In this document: piece after piece, positions 14,391 to 26,752 of the stretch | Position numbering within the stretch: the first letter of the stretch is position 1 | How the letters are laid out: each line of letters opens with the position of its first letter | Assembly (NCBI RefSeq): GCF_037042905.1 | Contig: NC_087251.1 | Coordinates: 39,866,001 to 39,930,000 of the forward strand | DNA length: 64,000 nucleotides | Source of the DNA: Lytechinus pictus | Lineage: Eukaryota | Direction of reading: 5' to 3' | Position numbers and translations under genes: made by a program | The notes under the pieces: generated by a model | Seen by the model: the letters and a program-made list of their open reading frames with translations, nothing else | The model's database searches: none | Told to the model about the DNA's origin: nothing

Positions 14391-14597
14391 AATTCGACAG
14401 ATTTGTTCAAATAAGGGTGTCATTTGTCAAAGAAAAGCTGTGATAATGGGCAAGACAATAGCCAGTGACCAATCCGATCTTTTGCAAGGAAGAGGGGATC
14501 GATCGGCCACGCCCTCGTGAAGCCGGCATCTTGTATCTACATACCCCTGACCCAGACTGCGATGGCGTCATGTTGCCGGAAGCCATTTCTCTGTAGG
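14391..14597 (+). other. Isolated exon-like segment with no open frame
   Basis: CTGAC branch-like motif, TTTTGTATTTTGGTACAG acceptor and GG|GTAAGT donor. The 207-nt body is GC-richer than its flanks and has stops in all three frames. Confidence 0.4.
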
Positions 14598-15648
14598 GTA
14601 AGTAACTATATATCAACAAGAATAGAAAATGAAATCTCCTACAAGTTGATAAGATTTTATTGCCATTTGAGTAAAGTGAAATCTTGAGCTAGATCGAAAA
14701 TGTAAAATATGGAAATAAAATCAGGTATATACCTATAATTATGTTGAATAAATCACAAAAACAAAGAGTTTTTAAAATCTTATAATACCACGTACTTAAC
14801 ATAAATCGGAAAGTAATAGAATCTTCTTGTTTTAATTATGATTAAGGTCTAAAGTTACAATGGTGACACCAGGATTTTAAAGGTGGGGGGCAACTATAGG
14901 ACCCCAAAAAATGTTTGGGGCAAGTACGGATTATACAAAACAAAAACAAAAAAATCACAATTTCTGGGAGGGGGTTGGCAACGGCAGGGGAGGAATGGGG
15001 TGGGTGCTTGGTGCCGCCCTTGCAAAGTTGAGAGACCCAGATTACACAAATATTTTTTTTCCACGTGCACTTGTAAAATCCCATATGCCTTAATCCAGTG
15101 GCGTGATGAGCCAAATAATAAGCGACCAAAGCGAGCGAGCAAAAAATGACCTTTTGGAAACGAAAGGCTGATTATGTGATAGATTTTACATGATGCCTAA
15201 AAAAAACCCTAAAAATTCATAAAATAGCATCATAATTACATTTCCCCTTTCATTTTTTCTTCCTTGGTCGTTTTTTTTTGGGGGGATGGCCCTAAGCCCC
15301 TATCTGTACACCAATGTTGTAATCAATGCTGTATCCTTATTTTGCAGTGAAAAAAAACTTGATCTCTAATCATAATACGAGAAAAGGGTATTGAGTTTTT
15401 TAAGTTTTGCACGCCTTTGATTTCTTTGCTACAGGCTTCTCGGGCGCTTTTGGGGGTATTGACTCTTGGCAGGGACTACTAAAGGGTTTGCTAGTCAGAA
15501 ACAACTAATTAAGAGGGTCGCGAGTCATAATGTTTGAAGACGACTAGTGACACCCAGCGACCCCCTTCACCCATTATGACATAAGGCCCTCTTCAATAAA
15601 CGACCCTCTAATTTGATTATGACTGGCGACCTTTATCATTAATAAACC

Positions 15649-18068
15649 CATAGGCGGATCCAGGGGGGGGGGGGGGCCAAGGGGCCCGGCCCCCCCCCCC
15701 CCCCCCCCCATTGGCGGAGCAAAAAAAAGGGGGGGAAAGAAAGAAAGAAAAAAGGGAAAAAGGGGGAAAATAGAGAGGGAAAGAAGAGGAGGAAGACGAG
15801 TGAATAAAATAGGTAAGAGTTGAAAATAAAAAGAATCTTTCATGTCACTTTCTAAAATTTTCGCTCGCGCTTCGCGCTCGCATTGCCTGTTAGGTGACTT
15901 ACCTATTTTGTTCAATATGGAGTTTAAATATCAAGTTTGGAAGTCAATATACAAACATATTTCACCTCGGAAATCGACCTTTCATTATTTTGTGTGATTT
16001 ACAAAAAGATTTTTAAAAAGAGGCTGTAAATAATTCAGTTTTAGGCCCGTATTCTGAAGTCGGGTTTAACTTAAACTCAGGTTTAAAGTTGTGGTTTAAG
16101 TATGGCGAGCCAATTGTTACATAAATCACTAACAGTAGAGATATCATACTTCAGCTCATTTGGCTCTTAAATCATTCATTTTTGTCTAGGAAGTATAAAT
16201 AGATGATTGTGTCCACCATCGATGTATCAGGAAAGAGCACAGTAAACATAAGAAACATACAACTTAATACAAATTTTGATACTTTTGGCTTCCCATACTT
16301 ACACCACAACTTTAAACCTGAGTTTAACTTAAACCCGACTTCAGAATACGGGCCGAATTTCTTGTCTGAATATTAGCATTTTCTGCTCGCGCTGCGCGCT
16401 CGCAAATTTTGATTTATCAGGTACCTATAATTTTCATGTATTCCATAAAGTTTTCAAAATATCCCTTTTCAGGTCTGATTGTCAAAACGTATCAATTTTT
16501 ATTTATTTATTTTTATTTATTTCAAATCTTTATCCAGAGTAGCCTGTTCAGCTTTATACAAACAAAAATCAAGTAGTGCTACAAGCTCGCATTTTGATTA
16601 GCGAGTTATGTATGTCTCAATATTGATTATACAACAAACTACTTAAAATCCCCTTTTCATGACAGTTTATCAAAAATTTTGGCTCGCAATTTTCGCTCGA
16701 ATTACTATAGTAATAGTTAAAATATATTAAATGATGCATCCTATGTATAAATACAAAAGTGCTCAAATGTCAAGTTTTCAGGCCATAATATCATCAGATT
16801 TCGCGCCCTCATTAGGCATTAATGAATAAGATATTAAATTAATAATTGTCCCTTTTGTTTCATCTAGCGCTTAGCAAGAGGAATAGCAAGTCATTTATTT
16901 TCATATGATGACATGTCCCGGTCCTATGTTAATACTCAAAGTAATTGTTTGTTTTGGAAAATATCAGCTCTTTATTAAGTGCGATCCATATCCACCTTAC
17001 AATTTTCCTATACAGTGCTTGAAATATAGAGCTGAAAGTTACTTTTTTTTCAGATCGGAATATCAAATAGTTTAAGCTCGCGCTTCGCGCTCGCTTTGAT
17101 TTTTATGATAAAAGATGTATTTAGAATGTCTAGATTCTAGGTCTAAATATGAAATACGCCCACGTATGTTTATTCAGATACTCAACTTGTTCTCTATTTA
17201 AATCATTATCCAGTTTCAGATCACAATATCTAAAATTTTCTGCTCGCGCTTTGTGCTCGCATTATTAATGTAGGAAGATCCCCTATTATACTAATTTTTT
17301 TCATTATTTACAAAACATGAATAGAGTGTCCCGTTTTTAGGTCTAAATCTCGATTTTTTCCGCTCGCGCTTCGCGCTCGCATCAATTGTTTAGTTATATA
17401 GCTATCCTGTTCACGATTAAAAAAATTGATTAAAATTGTACATTCTTTATGTAGAAATGTCACAATTTTTCAGCTCGCGCTTCGCGCTCGCATTATTTGA
17501 TTGTTGAAATATGTAACGTCTTCGTGGCTAAGTTCAAGCAGTCCTTAACAGGTACCTTTTCTATCAGTTCAAAACGTATATAAAAAAAATTATGCTCGCA
17601 CTCTGCGCTCGCATTATACCTATTCTGTTTAAGTTACAGAAAGTGCTTAGAAAAATGTCAAAAATATATGTAACTTCTTCAAGGCTAACTGCAAGCACTC
17701 TTTAACAGGTACCTTTTCCATCAGTTCATTTCTGCTCTCGCTTCGCGTTTGTAGTAATTATTCATTTCCATATACACTTTTTTTCAGGATAACAAACATT
17801 GCCCAGAATGTTCAAAATTTTAGTAAAAAATTTTAGTAAAAAAGATTTCCAAAAAAAAATTTGCTCGCGCTTTGCGCTTGCATTATATAAATAAGGATAA
17901 TGATATTATATATTTATGTTTATTCATAAGAATAAAGCTAAGAAGTGACTATTAAGACTACCCCTTCAAAGAAACCAAACATTATCTTCGAGCGGCCGAT
18001 CCGGGAAAATATGGCTTTAAAAATTCCGCCCCCCCCCCATTCAGTTGCGAAGGCTGGATCCGCCCCTG
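15649..18068. mobile_element. Non-autonomous TIR element (CATAGGCGGATCCAG...CTGGATCCGCCCCTG)
   Basis: Terminal inverted repeats, with AAACC on both flanks. About ten internal GCTCGCGCTTCGCGCTCGC-like motifs. Related in layout to the element at 8528-9728. Confidence 0.75.
16044..16354. mobile_element. MITE with ~50-bp TIRs, nested
   Basis: GGCCCGTATTCTGAAGTCGGGTTTAA... is inverted to ...TTAAACCCGACTTCAGAATACGGGCC. Confidence 0.9.
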
Positions 18069-18299
18069 AAACCCTTTACGTTTTTCTGACTAGATATCCT
18101 CTTCTGATATTTTGCATTAAACCATCTTGGATTAGGACTAACGAACCTCATGATTGATGACCCTCATGTTGGATTATTAGAAACGACCCTCATCTTTTAT
18201 CCTGAACAACCTGGTAACGAACCTTCTGACTAGTAGTCCTAATGACTCTTTAACAAATGACCCCCTTTCTGTTTTATGACTAGTGAACCTTCAGGCAAG

Positions 18300-18430
18300 T
18301 CGGATGGGGCGGGCACTTGGTGACACAATCCAATCAATGTACAGGTGCACTTCAGTTATAGTCATGTAGATTGGCGCCAACTGAATATTCTTTACAAAAT
18401 TCATACGTCATTTTTCTCATCACGTGATCA
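18300..18430 (+). promoter_or_regulatory. Candidate promoter motif cluster
   Basis: GC box GGGGCGGG (18306), CCAAT (18330), palindromic E2F-like TTGGCGCCAA (18371) and E-box TCACGTGA (18420) within 130 bp. Motif match only. Confidence 0.35.
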
Positions 18431-18649
18431 ATCAATCGGAATCATTTTTCCCCGAGATGAGGAGAGGTCAAGCACGTCCAGCAAAACCGGAGCTACTCAA
18501 TTTACAATTCAGAAATTATTTTCAAGGCAGTTAGGAAATGATCATACGTTTGGATATTAACAAGATGGACTTATAACAGGGAACAGTTTTCTGGAGTTAT
18601 CTTGGAGTTTTCTTGGAGTTATCTTGGAGTTTTCTTGGACACAAAACTC

Positions 18650-18995
18650 TTCATTTTTGTGTGCGGACGATAGACACCACTCTCACTACAGAGCTCCGCC
18701 GAGACTTCATCCGTACCTTACGGGAGGTTTGCATGGTCTCCGGACGGTCGTCCTACCCTTGTTACGATTGATCTAGACTGCTATTTATGATTTTATTATA
18801 TCAGCGGAAAGAGACATGTTTGTGGAGCTTTTGAGAAATATTTTCTCACTGGATCTTATATGGAAATTTGTTATGGTGTTGAATTCGTGTTCCTTCAAAC
18901 ATGGATGCATGACGATGCAATCGATCTTCAAAGAGAGGAGGTCAACATAATTTTGAGGATGCTGAGCCTGAGACTCCAGAAACATCCCTGTATGA
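18650..18995 (+). other. Diverged paralogue of the large exon-like block of the tandem unit
   Basis: Shares GTGTGCGGAC..AGACAC, CGCCGAGACT.ATCCG.ACCT.ACGGGAGGTTTG, CACTGGATCTTA, ACATGGATGCA and the donor TGTATGA|GTGAGT-CATTTTACCC with the blocks at ~25880-26190, 44118-44420 and 54970-55280. Confidence 0.8.
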
Positions 18996-21900
18996 GTGAG
19001 TCATTTTACCCGTAGAATTACCTCTCATGGTATATTATGAAAAACAATTCTCGTCTTTCATATCGATAACGAACTTGAAAAGTGGTCCTTATTATTAATC
19101 GCCCCTTCTCTTTTTGTTTTATGACTAGATCTAGCAAACCTTCGGGAAAGTCTTTTTTTTTTGGGGGGGTGCTCTTTTTCCATCTAAGGATAACGTCAGT
19201 AGGAGTTATTGGTAAATTTTGACAACTAAGCTTTATAGATCTATCGTTACTTCTGTATTTTAACTTATTAAAAGGGTAGATTCTTCCTTTAGAAGAAAAA
19301 TGAGATGGTAAAACGGGCTTCCATGATTTATTAAAGTGCGAAGCGATATCAAAGTTAGATCTTAAAATAGTCACTAGACTAGCATTTTGTCATATTTTGT
19401 AAGTTATACTTACCTTGGGTTAACGTAATTATTTCATCATTTCTGGAGATTTGCTTCTTTGAAAAAATATGTTGACATTTTTTCTTATTTTGTCTGCAAC
19501 TAAGATAGACTCTATAACTAAGCCAGGTGCCGGGAAGCTTGGCGGCGGAGCCCACCTGGGTTATGGTACAACATGCGCCGTTGGCGTATGTCAGTCTATG
19601 GGATTTTACAGGCGCACTGCATGTAAAAAATAGTATTTGTGTAATTCGAGTCCCTGAACTCTTTGAAAAACCTTTCATATCATTTTCAGTACCAAAAAAC
19701 CCCTACTTTTTCGATTTACGCTAAAAGGTTGAGTAATTATTATAAAATAGTGTTAAGATGGTTATTAGTCGATCAGGTCCCCATGCAGGGAGGACTTTAA
19801 TGTCTAAATGATTTCTATATCATTGGTATCCTCCGGTGCGATATCTAGATTTATGTGGATATAATTGAATTTATTTCCACATCTTCATTAAAAACAAAAA
19901 GCAAAATATGTAGGACTCAGTACAAACAATTCAAAAAATATATAATGGAAATGTGGTGGGATCAGAAAAGGTTTTGAAGTAGACCTATGAATGTGTTGTA
20001 CTACTTGTTTTCACTTTCGCATTTATTTGTATCTATTAAAATAACAACAGTCCCACTTATTTTCTTTATTATACCTTTTATTTCCAGATAATACCTTTGA
20101 AAAACATTGTCAAATTATTCGTATTTTTACCCAGAATTTATCTAGTCTCAAAAAGTAATTAAAGTAATATGAGTTTTGGCGAAATGTAATGTTTTATTAC
20201 ATGGTACCTTATTTGTTTCAATTGAACCCATCTAGGGGAATCTGGTATTAGAAATATAAAATTTAGTCAAAATAGGGGCCATCTTTTTGTAAATTTGTGG
20301 ATTTTCACAATATGATTTTAGGTGAGACCCCATAAATATTGTGTCTTATGATTTTGGCTAAATATTAAACATCGATTTAAAATGTCGTACGATGAGTGAA
20401 ATTGAATTTATAACTAGGCCTATATATTGATCGTTTTCGGGTGGGGTCACCTGGTAAAATAATAAATAAGCCTACTTCAATTTTCCAATTAGGATCAATT
20501 GGAACGGGGGGGGGGGGGGTTCACCCCTAACTCTGTCAGAAACCAAGTACAAAATGTTATTTAGCTTTGATGGTCGTATCGGGAACCCCTACCTAAATTT
20601 CTGAAACCGTGAAAAGGTGATCTTTTTTTCTGATCTTGAAATAATGAATTATTTTGTGTTCAAAGCGAAACATGCAGAAGACATCAAATCATCCTATCTT
20701 TCTCTCGGTCTCTCCGTCTTTTTTTCGCCGTCTTCGATCCCGAGAGCTCACATTTTAAAATGTAATTAGCTGTCAATCAGTTTATAGATTAACAAAAGAG
20801 TTTTGAGTTCAAGCAGAGGGTTTATGTACATTTCAAGCGTGCAAGTATGCGTTAATTAAAAAAGACTTGTAAATTACCATACGCGTTATTTTAATCGATG
20901 CGACACGTGCCACCTGTCATCATGCCACGCAACTCCAAAAATAAAAGGAAGGGAAAAATGAACCCCCCCCCCCCCATCATCACTTTCCACCTGCTCAAAG
21001 CTCCACTTTTAGACAGCCAGACAGGCCTTTCACACAGCGCACAAGCATTTCAAGGGATAACTTCTTCCGAGGTTCCCATTTACCTCACCCACCTGGATTG
21101 AGTGCAGCGATAAGTCCGAAGAATATCCACTGGTCCACAACTCTCCACTCAAACGCTTCACACCCTCGTTGACTATCTACTGAAACAATTTCTACCCAGA
21201 AAGATAAACAAACATCACACTTCCATTGCTTTAAAGGTTGATCATACTTTTGGTATAATATTGTGAGCAAACGTAATACTAGTATTTAATTTAAGAGAAA
21301 ATCAGGGATCGCTTATCAATAACGAAAAGGGATCAAATTTGTCTTATTTAATAGAGCAGATGAGAATGAAACAACACTCACTGAGAAGAGGTGACTGTGA
21401 CGTAACTACTATACTGCCAATCTACTGCCCCCGACTTTCAGGTAATACCCCCCCCCCCCCCAAAAAAAAAAAGATAATAATGCTAATAATGGTCAGTTGC
21501 AAATTGGATATCTGATTGGAAATTATACGAACTACAATATTCTAAACTGTCGAAAATCAAAATATTTCAAGTTAAAAGTAATAAGAGATCAATATTCACA
21601 GTCAAAATGTCACATTTTCTCGCTCGTATGTTCAGTAGTACGCTACAGGATGTGACAAAATGGGTTCATTGAACATGCTGAGCGAGGTGTTCAGAATCAT
21701 GCCCGAGTTGAAGTTGACGGAAGTTATGTTCTTTCCCTTTTTAGGGTGTTTTATTGGTTTTCCTCGCTCGCTGCGCTCGATCGTGGTCTGTATGGATACA
21801 GGATGGTCAGAAAATGTATGAAATTTGATAAGCCAAATGACAAGATATTTCTTAGAGCCATGATGTACGAAGAAATTACACGTTTATGCTCACAAATAGT

Positions 21901-22954
21901 GTTTTCTTTTTTTCTCTCGTTCACTGTCCTTGCTCGTATATAAAATACGATATAGATTTAAAACGGAAAGAAAGTAAAAAGTAACGCGAAATTGAATTTT
22001 TACTATACATTACAACACGGCTTCAGAAAGCTAATCAAATTTTTAAATGATTCTACTTGTATCGTGCATTGCCGCATTTTGATCACAAATTTTCATATTT
22101 GTCGATATTCAAAACCTAAGACAGTGTAATTAATGACAGAAACTTATTTGAATAAGGGAAAAAACATTTATTTTGATATTGATTTATCCATATAAGAGGA
22201 AAAGATTGTAGAAAGGAAAGATTTTAACATTTTGAATAATCTTAAAACATTTTAAAGCTGACCTTTCATTCAATTTCTGAAAATAAGGTAATTCATATTG
22301 GAAATACAATACTGATCAGTTTGCTATGTTATTTTAATTATAAATGTTTGTAGCTAATGACGTAGAATAAAATGGATAGAAAAAAAGCACGAGAGATATA
22401 TATTGGGGATTAATTCATCAGTAACTCAAATACCTTTTCTTTGAACCATGGGGTATAGAAGTACCACGTCTTTTCTGAAGGTTAGCCGCTAGTTACAAAA
22501 CGGGCCAGTAGCCTTGATATTTTTAGGGGGGACCGGGGGCTTCCGAATTATAAAAGTGGACCTTCAGAGTTTATGATCTATTCCGTACAGTCCCGTAATG
22601 AGTCAAAAAATTTGAAGGGGCCAGACATAATGCGTACGAGGCAAAATTGAGAAAAAACTGCGAGCGAGTGAAGAAAGTGAGTCAAACTTTTGACCTTTTC
22701 AATACAAAAAAAATTGTGATAGATTTTGATGTAATGTTCAGAAAATGATATATTTCACCACTTTTGCATTTCCTTTTTGTTTTCTATACTTTTCTCCTTT
22801 TTTATTCATTTTTTTTGGGGGAAGGGTCCATGCCCCTAGCCCCCATCTGTACACCAGTGGTTTCATACCTAAGTTCAGTTCCGTTACACCTAGGGGCGGA
22901 TCCAACTTTCGCCCATATTGGGCCGGAATATACATTTCCCCCTAAATTTAACAA

Positions 22955-23930
22955 TTTTTGTCTCACCTGCATAGCAGAGTGAGACTATAGGCGCCGCTTT
23001 TCCGACGGCGACGACGGCGGCGACGGCGACGGCGGCGGCGGCGTCAACACCAAATCTTAACCTGAGGTTAAGTTTTTGAAATGACAGCATAACTTAGAAA
23101 GTATATGGACCTAGTTCATGAAACTTGGCCATAAGGTTAATTAAGTATTACTGAACATCCTGCCTGAGTTTCATGTCACATGACCAAGGTCAAAGGTCAT
23201 TTAGGGTCAATGAACTTAGACCATGTTGGGGGAATCAACATCAAAATCTTAACCTAAGGTTAAGTTTTTGAAATGTCATCATAACTTAGAAAATATATGG
23301 ACCTAGTTCATGAAACTTATACATAAGGTTAATCAAGTATCACTGAACATCCTGCATGAGTTTCACATCACATGACCAAGGTCAAAGGTCATTTAGGGTC
23401 AATGAACTTTGGCCGAATTGGGGGTATCTGTTGAATTACCATCATAACTTTGAAAGTTTATGGATCTGATTCATGAAACTTGGACATAATAGTAATCAAG
23501 TATTACTGAACATCCTGTGCAAGTTTCAGGTCACATGATCAAGGTCAAAGGTCATTTAGGGTCAATGAACTTTGGCCAAATTGGGGTATTTGTTGAATTA
23601 CAGCCATAAATTTGAAAGTGTGTTGGTCTAGTTCATAAAACTTGGACATAATAGTAATCAAGTATCACTGAACATCCTGTGCGAGTTTCAGGTCACATGA
23701 TCAAGGTCAAAGGTCATGTAAGGTCAAACAACTTTGGCCACGTTGGGGGTATTTGTTGAATTGCCATCATATCTCTATAAGTGTATTGGTCTAGTTCATA
23801 AAACGTGGAAATAAGAGTAACCAAGTATCACTGAACATCTTGTGCGAGTTATAGTAGTTTTCAAAATCAGCACTGCTGCTATATTGAATCGCGTGATGCA
23901 GGTGAGACGGCCAGAGGCATTCCACTTGTT
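22955..23930 (+). mobile_element. DINE-1/Helentron-like (HINE) non-autonomous element
   Basis: Subterminal inverted repeat GTCTCACCTGCAT (22960) / ATGCAGGTGAGAC (23896), (GRC)n microsatellite, ~120-180-bp internal tandem repeats (CATGAAACTTGG..GGTCAAAGGTCA), T-rich flanks and no TSD. Confidence 0.78.
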
Positions 23931-24252
23931 TATGTTTTAATTACATCTTAACATATTAATTACGAACCAAATAAGGTATCTTTTAAACAACTTTGGAAAG
24001 CGAGTGCAAGCTCAAAGTTTTGTATATTTTATTGTATTTAGACCTAAAAATTAAACATTCTGGGCAATTTTGTGATCATAATCTGGATAGGTATTTAAAT
24101 AAATGCAAGCGCGAAGCGTGAGCTACTATTTTTTATAAACTGACCTGAAAACAAGAAAAAATTACCAGTGTAGGACTGCTTAAAGTGACCCATGGGGGAA
24201 TACATATCTTACCTAGCATATAATGTGAGCGCGAAGCGCGAGCTGAATCTTG

Positions 24253-25260
24253 TTTTTTTTATTTCCCTCATATTCGAGGATTTATTGATGAAACAAAATA
24301 AAATTCAGCAATACAAAATATAAAAATCAAGGTAGTATCCTATAGGGATCATAATGGCATATACAATATTATATCAGATGAATTCAAATGTAGTGAAATA
24401 ATCTTCTTGGTAGCCTATTGTCTACTTTTTACATCTTTTCATTTAATCGAATTTTTCCTGCTATCTCTCTTCTAAACACATAAATAAGACCATTTTCTCT
24501 TCTATCATACTTAGTTAAATTTCTTTCCAGAATAAACTTATAAATACACCATAGAGCTACTACTAAAACGATGTATAAATCCTCATGTTCTAGAATGAAT
24601 AAACGATTTATGTCGATTTTTATTTCTTTATGAAAAAAATCTTTGATAACTCTCTGTAATTAAACAAAAAAGGGTTCATTTAACTCGCAAGTGAAGAATG
24701 CATGGATAACATCTTCTTCAACTTTACAATGTAGGCATTTGTTATCGTTTGCAATACCCCATTTATGAAGGTTTTGCTGGGTTGGTAGTAAGTTATAAAA
24801 AAATGAAACAGAACTCGCGTAGTTTGTTTTCCTGAAGATTCAAGAAAAATCTTTTGAAAACATTCGACCATGTAATATTAATAGACACATTTGTTTCCCA
24901 AAATAAACAGTGCATATTTACGAGTGGTATCCTATTACAAGACATAATTAATCTATAAAATTCGTTTTTCTTTTTTGTTAACAATAATACAGGGGACTTC
25001 CATTCTTTTATTTAGTGGATATTCTGCATTCGTATTTGTGATTTGATGTATCCATACTTTTGGTATAGCTTGCTGGAGTTTCATATAATCAAATATTAAA
25101 GTTGCTTTACATTTCCTCGTTCTCAACACACCAAAAAATTGTTCTGTAATCTTGAATGAGCCGTTTTCAATTAAATCATTTGAAAATAGGATTCCAGCAT
25201 TATACCAGTCTCTATAATAAAACATTCTGCCAATTTAACATTATATTTTGATTAAATCAT
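24253..25260 (-). mobile_element. 3' fragment of a Tx1/L1-group LINE
   Basis: Broken frames encode YRDWYNAGI..DL, LQQAIPKVW, WSNVF..QENKLREF and a C-terminal C..C...E...H.FF.C knuckle. AATAAA and an A-run lie at the 3' end (~24253-24290). Confidence 0.7.
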
Positions 25261-26543
25261 AAAATCTCTCGAGCTTTTTTCGTTTTCATGCTCTTTATAT
25301 TCCAGACATACCTGAGACCTTATCATCATCCATGCGTGCAAAACCTCTCCATAAAATATAAGTTTTTTTTTTATATAGTCTTAAGAATTGGTTTATCATA
25401 GTTACATAATCTTGTTTTTTAATTTATCATAAATTTGCAATTTACCGTAATGTGTCCGAACAGGGGCTGAAGTCCCCCCCCCCCCCTGCGTGAACCGCAG
25501 GTAGATTTTTGAAGCATTATTGTATCATTCTTGTGGTATTTATCATCCATTTTTATGTGTTTTTATTATTCCAGCGTTTTCACGGAATGAGGAATGAAAG
25601 TTATGGACATTGAGATGGAATTTCCAATATATTCATCGTCGACCTCACTACATCTACAATGTCACGCCTCCTCTAATGTTGAACTTGAGAATATAGCCAA
25701 CAAGACCTGATAACTGCAAGTTAGAAGACTGCAATGCCTGACATCCATTTGTACTATTTGGTTATGGCAACGAAGAAAGAAGAACATTTGGTAACATTCT
25801 TTGCGATACTTAAGGAAAAAACGTAAGCTGCAGAAACAGTTTTACAATATTATTCTTGTGGACATATTTCTTTATTTCCGTGTGCGGACTAGACACAATT
25901 TTCGCGGCAGAGCTTCGCCGAGACTAATCCGAACCTCACGGGAGGTTTGTTGATTGGTCTCTGGACGGTTGTTCTCCCCTTAATTTACCCATTTGAACTT
26001 GATAATATTGTGAACATCAGCGGACAGAGACTTATTTGTGGAGCTGCGGATAAATATTGAAAACACTGGATCTTAGAGGGAAAATTTGTTTGGAGCTGAA
26101 ATCATGTTTCTGTGGACATGGATACATGCCGATATCAGAGAGAGGACAGATGTCAGACTGAACATTTGTATGAGTGAGTCCATTTTACCCCTAGAACAAC
26201 ACAGCAATATCACTTACTGATCTTAATGAAACTTTGACATTTATGCATATGGGTTACGGTTGGTTTTAGTGCCAGGATTTGTAGAGTAAGTTAATTAGGC
26301 AAAATGATAGGGTCCCCCCATAGGAGCCTGACCGAAGCTTGATCTTAGCCCATCTCCATAAATGTTATTGTGTCATATCAAGAAGATTGCTTTGTTGTCA
26401 CCTACGGGTAATCGAATTCATTTAATTTTTTTTTTATGAATAAGTGCCGAAAGCTTTACAACTTTTTTTTTAGAAAAAGGTTGTAAGGCTTTCCCCCGAC
26501 AAATCTCGTTGAATTGTTAGCGAGAATTCGGCGTAATTCCATA

Positions 26544-26752
26544 CAGGGGCGGTGCCGGCAGTGAGGGGGTGGGGCGTTGCCCCCTTTGAATTTTGTTTAA
26601 AGTACTTAGAGAAAATTACAAAAGAGGAGAAGAATATAAAAACTAATTAAACAAAATTAAAATATCGTTTTAGTTCCTTGAACTCCATTAGAACACTATA
26701 GCTGGCGCGACCTTTCGGTTGTCTTGCCCCCTATACCCTGGCGCCGCCCCTG
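26544..26752. mobile_element. Short hAT-like MITE predating the duplications
   Basis: CAGGGGCGGTGCC / GGCGCCGCCCCTG ends. Also at 55634-55856, and at 44772 with the right end deleted. Confidence 0.7.

Noticed and set aside
280-23090. Numerous 60-125-aa ORFs with poly-Pro, Gly, Phe or Lys
   Set aside because: They derive from G/C homopolymers and low-complexity tracts in MITEs, or are antisense to the LINE ORF.
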